This document shows, piece after piece, positions 1 to 10,817 of a stretch of 64,000 bases of DNA (position 1 is the first letter of the stretch; the number at the start of each line of letters is the position of its first letter). The notes beneath the pieces were generated by a model. It ran no database searches. It was given only the letters and a program-made list of their open reading frames with translations, and was not told the DNA's origin. The translations under genes were made by a program, and so were the position numbers. Source of the stretch: Chlorokybus atmophyticus (lineage: Eukaryota; Plantae; Mesostigma and Chlorokybus algae); the NCBI GenBank assembly GCA_009103225.1, contig RHPI01002990.1:854490-918489 (forward strand). The letters are read 5' to 3'.

Positions 1-261
1 TGTTGCCACTAACTGCCCGCACAGGCGCTGCATGGCCATGCCTGCTGCGGTTTTCTTCTCTTCTAAGAGGAAGGCCTCACACACACATACACACACTGTA
101 GCATGCCACTTCCACTGTTCAGCAACCACACAGGCAATGCCCTACAACGTTCCCAGCTGCTCAGTCAATCGATGCCATCTGGATGGATGCTGTCTCGCCC
201 ACCTGCCACACCAGTCGCAACATATATCCTTCAGCCGAGTTGAGACAAGCCTTGGGCCACA

Positions 262-916
262 TCAACAATCTGTGGTCATAGCCCAAACACGACTAAACAT
301 ATGTCTGGATACTGCCAGCTCGCAACGAGAGCGGAGGGTCAACCAGGAACTGCTTTGACCAGTGACTACATAAAACCAGCATTGCAAGGACTTTACGTCG
401 GAGGATAGAAGATTTGCTTTTCGAGTTGCCAGCAAACCGGCAGACAAAGCATAGATGGGCCAAAGCACGACGAGGAGTTGATACTTGAAAGGTTCGACAA
501 CCTTGACTGCGTTTAGATCAGACCAATGGTGAATGCATCCCGTTGTGACACGACAACTTTAGCCACCATACAGCTGTACATGCATGCATGCATGCATGTA
601 TAGATGTATGATGGCTAAAGCCTACAGCACCTGCCAAAGCCAGGAAAGCAACCACCCACAAACTGCTAGCACATAATAACGCCACCACACAACTCGCCTT
701 TCCAGCATGTGACGACGCCATTTTGGAAGTGACTTGGAGGACGGAGTCAAAGAGATCGACAGCCCCGCCTCCGATATCCACCATGCGGTGGCCGGCCTGG
801 ACCAGCGGCTCGCCCAGGTCCAGCAGCGCCCCAGCTGCCGCGACCACCAGCGTCAGCAGCCACAGCGCCGCCGACACGGCGCGCCTCTTCCACGAACGCC
901 ACGCCGCCGTCCACAT
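262..916 (-). CDS. Putative multi-pass membrane protein of unknown function (5' part; probably continues toward the window start)
   Basis: ATG at 916 opens a GC3-rich exon (MWTAAWRSWKRRAVSAALWLLTLVVAAAG...SLWVVAFLALA) ending at a phase-1 GT donor near 631. A phase-compatible AG near 513 gives VKVVEPFKYQLLVVLWPIYALSAGLLA. Three hydrophobic stretches; no recognisable family. Confidence 0.4.
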
Positions 917-1095
917 GGGATGGACACGCCTTCACCCGCACAAGCCAGGCGCCGCCGCCGCCGCCGCCGCCGTCGACCACAACCTCAACCACAATGACGA
1001 CCAGTTTATCTACAGGCTTGCTTACGAGCTCAGCAATATTCGCAGCTGTAAGCTTGTTGCTGTGTTTGTTATATTTCTAGGCGCAAGCTGGAGGC

Positions 1096-3955
1096 ATGGC
1101 GGAGGTGGGCGTGCTGGCGGAGCAGTACGTCAAGCTGGTGCTGGCGCTGGGCAAGCACGACGAGAGCTACGTGGACGCCTACTATGGCCCCAAGGAGTGG
1201 GCGGAGCAGCCGGCGCCGCCGCTACCTGCTGTCCTGGCCGCCGCCCAGCAGGTAAGCTTCATGCATTGGACTACTGCTTTGCTGCTTGCCTTTGTCTGCT
1301 GCACACATGCATGCAGGCATGCTAAGTCCTGAGGAATGCTGCAATGTATGCTGCTTCTCTGCAATAGCACGCAGCATGCCAACGATCAGCATCTCATGCA
1401 ATGCTTCTTCAATGCTGCTGCATGCACATTCAACTTGCACTTGCGAGGCATTGTGATTTGATCTTAGCTTCGTCACTCGTGCCAATCAGCAGTGCATGCA
1501 CTCTATACCATATGCAGACGGTAGCAGTGTCTGGTGTTTGAGTAGTAAACTGTACGAAAACAGTCCCGCACACTGAACAAGTTCTGGGCTGTGAAAGCGC
1601 ATGCTCAATGTTTGTGGCACATGCTTTGACATACCGTGCATGGTTGACATCAAGACATGCGGGCAGTTCCTATTGTAAAAGCTAAGCTTGATGTTAGAGC
1701 ATTCTATGGTGACTGCAGCTGCTGGCGGATGTGGCTGCCACACCATCAGAAGATGCAGACTCTTCTTACCGTTTGAAGTTCCTGCTGAAGCAGCTGCAGG
1801 CAATGGTCGCACGAGCTCGCATCCTCTCAGGTTTGCTCCGGGGTCAGCTCTTGGGCGTGTTTAGGTTAAAGTTGATGCTGTATGCTTACAGTGTCTTCTG
1901 TTTGTGTCCAATGCCATCTGTAGTGTTATGTGTACTTTACCATCTTCTTTGGTGATCAGGCGAAACCATGAGTTTTGATGAGGAGGCACGCGAGATCTTC
2001 GACACAACTGTCCCTAGGTTCCCTTCTTCAGAGCAGGTGTGACCTATTTGTTTCTGACGGTATCAGTAGCCTGCCACGTCACCCAAGGCGTAAGTACGAC
2101 ACTGTGCGCACATGTCTGGTTTGCAACGTTAAACGTCCATGCACAGCATCAAAGCATCATTACATCAAACAAGTCTGACCTGGCATGCATGCAAAGCCTG
2201 CCATGTTTTACTGCATGTCTCGTGCGCACGAACAATTAACTGCTGGCTTCAGTAGGCTGGACAATGCCGAGCATGAGCTTAACTCTACTTGTCATTTGTC
2301 AACGGCGTCACCAGCTTAAGGTTTGATTCTCAGTGTCATTCTGAAAGGCAGGAACCCCCTGAGCTCCAAGCGTTGGATGCTCTGCTGCCTGAGGCCCCGG
2401 GAGGATCAAAGGCGGACGAGAGCAAGGCGGAGGGCTTGGTGCGCCGCTGGGAACACTTCCGCTCACAGTTTCGTGTGCCGGAGGTGAGGACATGCTGCTT
2501 GGACCTGGGCTGGGAGAGAAGGCCCTGTTGTTGATTGTCTGTCCCCACAGTTACATGCTTTGCATGCAGGACAAGCTAGACGCTGTGTTTAGTGCGGCCT
2601 TGGACGAGTCGCGCAAAAGGTCGGCCAAGCACATACAACTGCCTGGTACGTTGCGCTTTGACAACATGTGCAGTATGTTAAGCAACATGCATTTGTCACT
2701 GCCATGCTATGTCGTTGCCCATGTTATGGCATCAAAGCATAACATGTCCAACAGTACCATTGTTTGTCATGAGCACGGCTGAATTGACCTTTACCACAGC
2801 TGACATTGACAACGCCCTGTCGCTTGCAGACCATGAATCCTTCACTGTGGAGTATGTCAAAAATAAGCCGTGGACGGGATACAACCGGTACAAAGGTAAT
2901 GCGCGGTCAGTGATTCAGCTGAACACGGACATCCCCATCACGATTGATCGGGCCATTGATGTGGCGTGTCACGAGGCCTATCCAGGTCGGTGTTGCAGAC
3001 ATCATGTGGTAATCAGCTTTGTTGCACAAAGAACTAACCACCATCACTTGCAGGACACCATGTATTCAACACGCTGATGGAGGAAGATCTCTTCATAAAA
3101 GCGGGATGGGTGGAGTTCACAGTCTACCCTCTGTACAGCCCGCAAAGCTTGATTGCAGAAGGAACTGCCGAATTTGGCATTGAGGTTTGTGGTAATATGC
3201 GTGACTGAGTGTCAGTGGAGATTTTAGTAACCAACACGTATGTTCAGTACATTAATGAATGCAATGCCTACTCTCTCAGGTAGCATTTCCCACAGATGAA
3301 GAGAGGCTGCAATTCGAAAAGGATGTGCTCTTCCCTATAGCTGGCTTGGATGCTTCACAAGCAAAGGTGAGTGTACTCGCGTCATATGATCAGAGCCTGT
3401 GTTTCTGGCATCTGCTTACCATGCTCAACAGTGGTTGTGTACACTGCCTGACGGGCGAAGTCATAATGAGGTGTCCTCCTATGAGCAGTTGTACTTTGAA
3501 GCGCGGTCGATTGTAGAAAAGCTTCACATGCAAGAGATAGAAGTGGCCCGGGATTATCTTGACAAGCGCCTTTCACGGCAAGGCGCTGTTGAAGCCATGG
3601 TGAAACGCTGCTTGACAGAGCAGGACCGTGCAGGTAAGATATATGGCTGTTTGCCAAGCTTTCACAGCAAAGTGCGCATACGCTACATCAACAACGCACA
3701 TGTGGTCACTGCTTTCCGTGTGCTACATCACAAGCTAACCCATCTTGGGCTCATGCTTTTGCCTCTGCAGAGAAACGACTCTCCTTTATTGATGCGTATC
3801 GGGCATACATCATCAACTATGCGTGGGGTCTGGAACTGGTCCGGCGTTATGTTGCACGTTGCGGTGGGACCCCCGACCGACCCGATGTGAGGTGGCAGCT
3901 GCTGAACGCTATGCTGAGAAGGCCGCCTATGCCGTCGGATATAGTGACTGAGTAG
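1096..3955 (+). CDS. Bacterial-like DUF885-type putative zinc metallopeptidase (spliced HEAYPGHH...AEG motif), about 10 exons
   Basis: Exons with GT-AG junctions, phase-checked at the first junctions and at the motif: MAEVGVLAEQYVKLVLALGKHDESYVDAYYGPKEW; GETMSFDEEAREIFD; KPWTGYNRYKGNARSVIQLNTDIPITIDRAIDVACHEAYPG|HHVFNTLMEEDLFIKAGWVEFTVYPLYSPQSLIAEGTAEFGIE; VAFPTDEERLQFEKDVLFPIAGLD; AYRAYIINYAWG. Stop TAG at 3953-3955. Family assignment is from recall of bacterial homologues. Confidence 0.8.
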
Positions 3956-4545
3956 GGCGGGTCCTGCCTGGAATTTGGTTGGTATGTGCAGTGCATGCAT
4001 AGGCATTGTGTTTTGAGCAGAAACTTCACGCAGTGCAGTGCGCACAATGAAATGGCCTCGTGACATAACGTGCGATGTGACCTGCAGTTGCTCGATGTTC
4101 ATGTTGTCGGCCCTCCCAAACTTCGCCATGCTCTCGCCGATTGGCCAACTGTCAGCAAGCATCACCTACCCAGTGACGGGTACAGACAAGATTTTGCGGT
4201 GCAACCTCTCAGCGTGATGTATGAAGACCAGCTGCAATGTGCGCGAAAGGTGACCGCAGCTGAATTTCATCCAAGTGGGTCTGGACTGGAATGTATGCAT
4301 GATTGAGTGCCCTGCTTGTGCTGGTTGTGATAGGAGTCAGGAAGCAAGGTTTAGGCCACTGCTTTTGCAAACTTCTTCGTAAAGTAAACAGTACTTGACC
4401 TGCGGCAGTGCTTGCAGTATTCGCATAATTGCATGCGAACTGGTGCTGGCTTCATGCAAGCATTACTACTACAGCAACTTTGCGTCCATGCTATGTGCCG
4501 CTCTCCACGCCTACCTCACACCACAAAACAAAGCATGCAACTACA

Positions 4546-4960
4546 CTACACGGCTGCAGCCGCCAGCACTGCGCCCAATTTGGTTGTCGGTGCCATGGGG
4601 CCCCAGCCTGGCACCGCCGCCACAACTGCCGCTCCCCGCTCTATCGTAAGGCCTTGGGCACGCTGCAGTTCGCATGCCACGTGTTGCCTGTACAGCGCAA
4701 GAAAGCCAGGCAACCTGCGCAGCGACAGGTCACGTGCGGCGAGTGCTCGTCGTGCACAGGCATCAATGACATCGTGGAAGGCTTGGCCGAGCATGCCGTA
4801 CGTCCCCGCCGCCAAAGGGTAGAACATGTCGTTCAGCGGGTGGTCCTGGTACTTGCGCCGCTTCGCCTGCTCCGCCGCCCTGGCGGCGCCACCCGGTTGC
4901 TCGCCGCAGGCGGTGATGGTCACGTCCCACAACATGCGTATGTCGCGACCCGGCAAGAGT
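4546..4960 (-). mobile_element. 5'-truncated non-LTR retrotransposon 3' end encoding a restriction-like endonuclease (RLE; CRE/Zepp-like)
   Basis: Translation LWDVTITACG...AARAAEQAKRRKYQDH...FYPLAAGTYGMLG...VACELQRAQG matches the DVT..AE..K..KY..F.P.A.ET.G..LQR motif series of RLE domains. No RT domain is present. Confidence 0.75.
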
Positions 4961-5704
4961 GGGAGGGTGGTAACAGGTCCAAAGCTTTGTTGTTCTCTCT
5001 CTCTTTGTTAGTGTCTGATCGAGCAGTTCAGCACAAACAAAATCTGACAGTGTCTGACATCGTGCGAGAATGGGCCACCACCACGCACGCATGCACCAGC
5101 ATTGCAACTGAATGGCTGGCTGATCTTGACTTCAATTGTTTTCTCTGGCTCTGGCTCCTGCTTGCCTTCCTCAACCCTCTAACTGTCAAGTACCCGCATA
5201 CAGCACTGCGTCCTCTTATAGCCAGCTGTAATCAAACAGCCGCCTTTGCATCAAAAGGCCACGACAGCGCCAGTGGTGGTACAACCTAGTGATGCCCGGA
5301 TGCAGGTTCAGGCTCTGTCCACTGCTTGTTGCTTGCTTGGCAGCCAGCAAAGCCAAGTGCGATTCCGTAATACCTGTAGTACGGCGCGGCATCTCAAGTC
5401 AAAAACCTTATCGAATAGAAACTTGATACCCAACAAGACCGCTGTTTGCGTACCAAAACCAAACGCCTTCCCAATTTCTAGACCAGCAGTAGAACGATCA
5501 TGGCCTTGTGAATGACCAGTCATGCGCCACGAGCAACCCTGCAAGTCATGATAGGCTGTCAACACATGCAGGAGAGATGTAGCTTGTATTGCCGTTAGCA
5601 CTGCACACGGGCACAACACGAACCTATGCGATGGAGGCACTGTGGCAGCTTGTGCGTTGTATCACACAACAATTGCACTACGACTGCTCATCCTGGAGCC
5701 AGCC

Positions 5705-7582
5705 TCAGGTAGCAATGTCATAAGGGTTGTCAGCGACTTCAAACCCATAGTTCCAGAACAAATCAGCATTGCTATGGCACCCATAGCAAATTGTCAATGG
5801 CTCGCCAGGCGCAATCTCTCGCAGCGCTACAGCCTCCCAGGTGCCACTGATCCTTCTTTTCACCTAAGAACACGCATAGTGCACAATTCAAACGCAAGTC
5901 AGCGCAACATACATATTATTCTTGAGCGCAAAATTGCAACTGGACACGAAACAAGCTGACGGATACCTCCACGTTGGGTGCAAAGCTGTGGTTCATGCTG
6001 TCGATGACAGGAAGCAGAGCCTCAATGCTGTCGTCGAGACCAAACGCTCGTGAGCGCACAGCACACCAAGCCCATGACATCTCGGCAACTGTTGGGATCT
6101 CAAGTTGCAAAAAGAAAGGAGGTGTCCCAGGGGCTCTACAATGAGACCTCTCCATGAAATGTTGCAGAACCACATCGTCCTCACTCTCCTGCAAAAACGG
6201 TTTCACTGCATCAAGCTAGGTGCTTAGTGCGATAGGTGGTTGCTATTGTGCTCCAGTACGATGATGGACAATTAGAGTAGAAATTCAGACTCGCAAAGGC
6301 CACAATGGATATACAATACCACAGAGACAGCTACGTGCGAGAGAGGGACTAGCAGCCAGTATGTTAATAAGGTGAGTCCAGCTCGCACTCACCATGACTG
6401 CAGGAAAGTCTTCTGGCAATAGCTGTAGATAAGGGAGCCAAAATGAAAAAGGGTTGCCGCGCTCGACTAACAGGTAGCATGCAAGCTTCAGACTTGGCTG
6501 GTACTCTGGCTCAATAGGCTCGAGCGCTTGAATCAGTGACGCCCCTCGCTCGCGGCTGGCAACTGGTGATGACAATGTCCATGACTCCTCAGAGAATGCC
6601 AGCTCGCGAGGCAAGCGCAAAAGTACCTGCCATGGTGCATAGCAGCATTGGCGCCATGCACAAGCACTGCACGACCACTCCCTCTTGTCAGCCAATGCAT
6701 TTTGTGACTGATCAGTGCTGTAAGAGCTCTCTGATCAGACACTACAGCTGCAGTATAGAGTGAATCCCCTTGTCGTGTGTATGCGTTCTGCAACTTGTTT
6801 CAATGTGATGTTACAGGCATCACAGCCTTCCATCAGTTCCGTTAGCTTGCATATATCGTCAGGATGAAAAACAAAATGACACTATACTCAGCAGACCTGA
6901 GTAGTGAAAGGAGACTGCAATGCAAGTGGATCACTGCCTACGTCAAGTTGCTTGCCAACATGCATGCATGCTGAAGCAGGACTGTCTGGTGTCAACTTGC
7001 AAGCGCTGAACTCAAACATGATGAATATGTGTGCTGCAACGCAACGCAACGCAAGTGCGCAGGGGCACACTGTGCTGCACAGCCTACTCACTGCGCCCTC
7101 ACGAGAAATGCACACAACATAAACATGACACTAATGCCAGCTTGAACAGCCTGAGCTTGACGTACGCAATCAACCACTTTGAGTGCTGCATTGCAATCAC
7201 AGACGACTTGAGGGCACAGCTGTTGACTAGCTGACCGACGCCAGAATACAAGCTAGTGAGGTTGCACAAATGTACTGGAAGAACATGCTAACGCATGTAC
7301 CTCTCCTTCGTAGGCATGCGGCGGTGCAAGCGTAAGCCCACGCCCCAGGCCAGGTCCAGCAGGCCCGAGCAGGACACGGTTGCCGCCCCGCCCTCCGCCA
7401 TCGTCCAGCCAGCGCAGGAGCCGCTGGTCAGCACTGCTGCCGGAGACAGAAGCTGCTGCTGAGCGAGCGCAGCTCCACGCCACTCGCCGCCGCTCCAAGC
7501 CCCTCACCGCCCAAACCCGTGACGCCACCACCCTGCATGTTGCCGTCCTCAAACCTCCGCTCAACACCACCGCCGCCGACAT
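5705..7582 (-). CDS. SET-domain protein-lysine methyltransferase (Rubisco LSMT/SETD3-like), probably organelle-targeted
   Basis: Ala/Arg/Ser-rich N-terminus (MSAAVVLSGG...), then GPGLGRGL, VLLRLPRELAF, LACYLLVERGNPFSFWLPYLQLLP, WAWCAVRSRAF...LLPVIDSMNHS, and ALREIAPGEPLTICYGCHSNADLFWNYGF. First in-frame TGA at 5705-5707. The middle exons are only partly resolved. Confidence 0.8.
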
Positions 7583-7783
7583 CAACGCTTGCCGCAGCTC
7601 AATTGAAGCAGATAGTCTAGAGTTTTGGAGCGGCGGCGGCGGCGGCGGCGGTTGAGGCCAAGGCGGACCCGGAGGTGGGGGTGGAGGTGGGGAGGTGGGG
7701 GTTAGCGGCAGGAGGAGGAGGGTTTGCTGCGGGAAGTCTGTGAGCAAATTCCCTCTGGTAGTGTTGAGGTCTGGTTGTGCAAG

Positions 7784-10700
7784 ATGGCGGACACGGTGCA
7801 GCTCATGCTAGAGGAGATGGTTCCCGAGCTAGAGGACTTAGAAAAGCGGGGCTTATTCACAAGGTGCGTTGCAACGTGTGTGGAGATTAACGCCGAAATG
7901 TGTGAAACAAACATGGAGCATGCACTTCAACTGGCAACTGATGGCATGTATTTACTGCATACCTGTGCGTTTTGCATAGGCATGCATGTTTGCTGAGATT
8001 GCGCATCTATGGCCGCAATGCGGCACTGCGACGGATTTATATTCTAAATGGGTTTACTGGTATTGGCGTTTGCCCTGTACATAGTTATCGTTACTCAGGT
8101 AATAGTGTTGCCTCCGCCTACTGCATGCTGTCAATTGTTTTGCGTACAAGGGCATTGTACGTCTTGTGTGTTTTGTGTCAGACAACTCGACTCGCTGCCA
8201 TGGTAACCGTTCAGCTTTCAGCATATGAGTGCCATGCCAAAGCAGCAAACATGCGCGTAGTAGTATTGCAGTGCTTGACAGCATCTGCTTGCAGAAAGGA
8301 GCTTAAGGAGATTATCCACCAGCGCCGCGATCATGAGTACCATCTGAAAAGGCGTGCTGCGCTGCGCAAGGACTTTGTCCGCTACATTGACTACGAAATT
8401 AAGCTGAATCAGCTGCGGCTACTGCGCAAGAAGGTTGTTCACATGCACGATAGTACGACACTAGTTATCATGCACAAGGTTGACTTTACGATGCTCATGT
8501 TGGCTTATATGTCAGCCAGGCTATCGGTGGAGCTGAGGCAGTTGAGCAAGGCACCGCTGACCATGCGGCTGTGAAACGCATACACTACATTTTTGAACGC
8601 ACGCTGCGCAAGTTCAAAGGAGACTTGTCGCTGTGGCTTAAGTACTTTGCATTCTGCAAAAGCCATGACGGCAACCGGCAAGTGGCAAATCTTACCATGC
8701 TTGTTGTGTATATATGTACCTGTCATACTGCTTGATGTGATGTGCTGTTTCTTGCAGGGCATTGCAGAAGGCCACGACAAAGGCGCTGCGGCTGCATCCG
8801 ACTGTGCCCGGCCTGTGGGTTTACGCTGCGCAGTGGGAATTTGAGCACAACGCTAACATAAAGGCTGCGCGCGCGTTGATGCAGCGAGGCCTGCGAATGT
8901 GTCCCAAGGTAACAACAATGCACTTGCACACCTTACACACCTTCGCAGCTTCAATACTTCCAAGCGACTCCTCACTGATTGCTTGTTGTCTCACCAGAGT
9001 GAGACGCTTTGGCACGAGTATTTTCGCATGGAGCTGCTGTACCTCCAGAAGCTACGAACTCGTCGCGCTGTTCTGGGTGTTGATAACAGTAACAGTAATG
9101 GGGATGCCGATGCGGGTGAACCGGAACTTGCCATTGCGGTAGCTGTCGCAACAGCCATATACAGAAACGCCATAGCTGCTGTCCCGGATTCATTGGCGTT
9201 CAGAGTCAAGTTCCTTGAACTACTTCAACCCTTCAACGGCACCCAGAGCGTCGCCGATGGGGTGTATGACAGCCTTGCAGCTGACTTTAGCCGAGACGAG
9301 CAGGCCTGGGATTGCCGAGCCAGGCGTTACATCCAACCCGGCAGCACTATCAATGGCAAAGCTCTCAAACCTAAGAAAGCCCTAGCACTCGCTGTGAAGG
9401 TGAGACACATGCCATTGACTATGTGTGATGTTCATTGTCTTTTGCGTCAGCAGGGAGGGGACTTATTCACATGGAGCTCTTGTTGTTGCAGGTGTATGAA
9501 GAATCCTTGGTAGAAGTGGGCTCTGCGCGCATGTTTGAGCTGTACGTGCAGTTTCTTCAGGAACTGTTGCCAGCGAGGCAGCTTGATGGTGGCAGCGCTC
9601 AACCCGCACTGCAGCGTTCTCTCCTACACGACTTGTTGCTGGACGTGTTGTCGCGCGCTTCGCAAGCCAACATACACTCCCACTTTCTCCTACAGACCCG
9701 TGTTAATCTATTGAAACAGCTGCAGAGGCCAGCCTATGCTCTTGATGTGTTGCGGACAGCATGCTCGCAGCAGCCAGCAGATGCCAGGGTTTGGATACTA
9801 AGGCTGGAGTTGGAGGGTGAACAGCTTCCTTCAGCTGTGATAAATGCTACGGTTGTAGCCAAGTTGTTCACAGAGGCTTTGAGGGCTGTTGCAGCCAGCG
9901 ATGCTTCACATATATGGTCCCAAGTGAGTCAATTGGCAGTCTACACGCACTGTTCGTGGCTGATGTGGCATTTGTCTATTGCTACTTTGCTTAGGCTTCC
10001 CTTCTTGTTCATGTGTGCATGCTCCTTGGTGTGCTACTGCCGTCTCCTTGCTGCCAACTAACCGACACTGGGACCTTTGCAGGCAATCAAGTTCTACAAG
10101 CAGCATGAGCAGCCGCTCGACAACTTAGCACCTACTGTGGAGCGCGGGCTGGCCGCAGGTCCTTCAGGAAGACATGATGAAATAGCAACTACATTCTTGC
10201 AAGGTTTCGCGGATGCAAACGGCGTTGAGTCGACACGGATGTTGTACAGCAGGTGCTGTACCTCAGCGTGCTTATTGGCCTGCTTTGGAGTACGTCACTA
10301 TAAGCGGGACTTATGAGTGACGGGCTTTGGCGCACTGCTTTCTGTATGTCCTACAAGAAGCAATCATCATGGCGACTAGTGCCGAGTTGCTTTTGAGCCT
10401 GGTGCATGTCTGAACATGATTTATGCGTGCAGGTTATTGGCGCTTCCTGGAGCCGGAGTGTCTCTATACCGATGGTGCATACAGTTTGAGAACACGCATG
10501 CAGATCCTGGTACCGAGAGTAGAGTGCTGCGGTTGTTCGACAGCGCAGCCGATCGCTTTGGCGCTTCAGACTCGGAGCTGTGGCTGGACTTCTGCCGTTG
10601 GCAACTCTCAGTAAGTATAAGAGTTAACCGATTGCATCTGAGCTGATATGAATCCATGTTACCAACACTTTAAGCATGGACGCAGTTGACACATATGCTT

Positions 10701-10817
10701 TTGCAGGTTGGGCGTCCCAACGGCGCAGGTGAGGTGTATTGGAGGGCAATGAAGGCTTTGTTGGACCCCAAGCACTTTGTTGAGCAGTATCACATGCTGC
10801 AAGGGTTATCAGCGTAG
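7784..10817 (+). CDS. UTP6: U3 snoRNA-associated protein 6 (HAT-repeat protein)
   Basis: MADTVQLMLEEMVPELEDLEKRGLFT; KEIIHQRRDHEYHLKRRAALRKDFVRYIDYEIKL; ALRLHPTVPGLWVYAAQWEFEHNANIKAARALMQRGLR; LWHEYFRMELLY; last exon EVYWRAMKALLDPKHFVEQYHMLQGLSA*. Confidence 0.92.
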
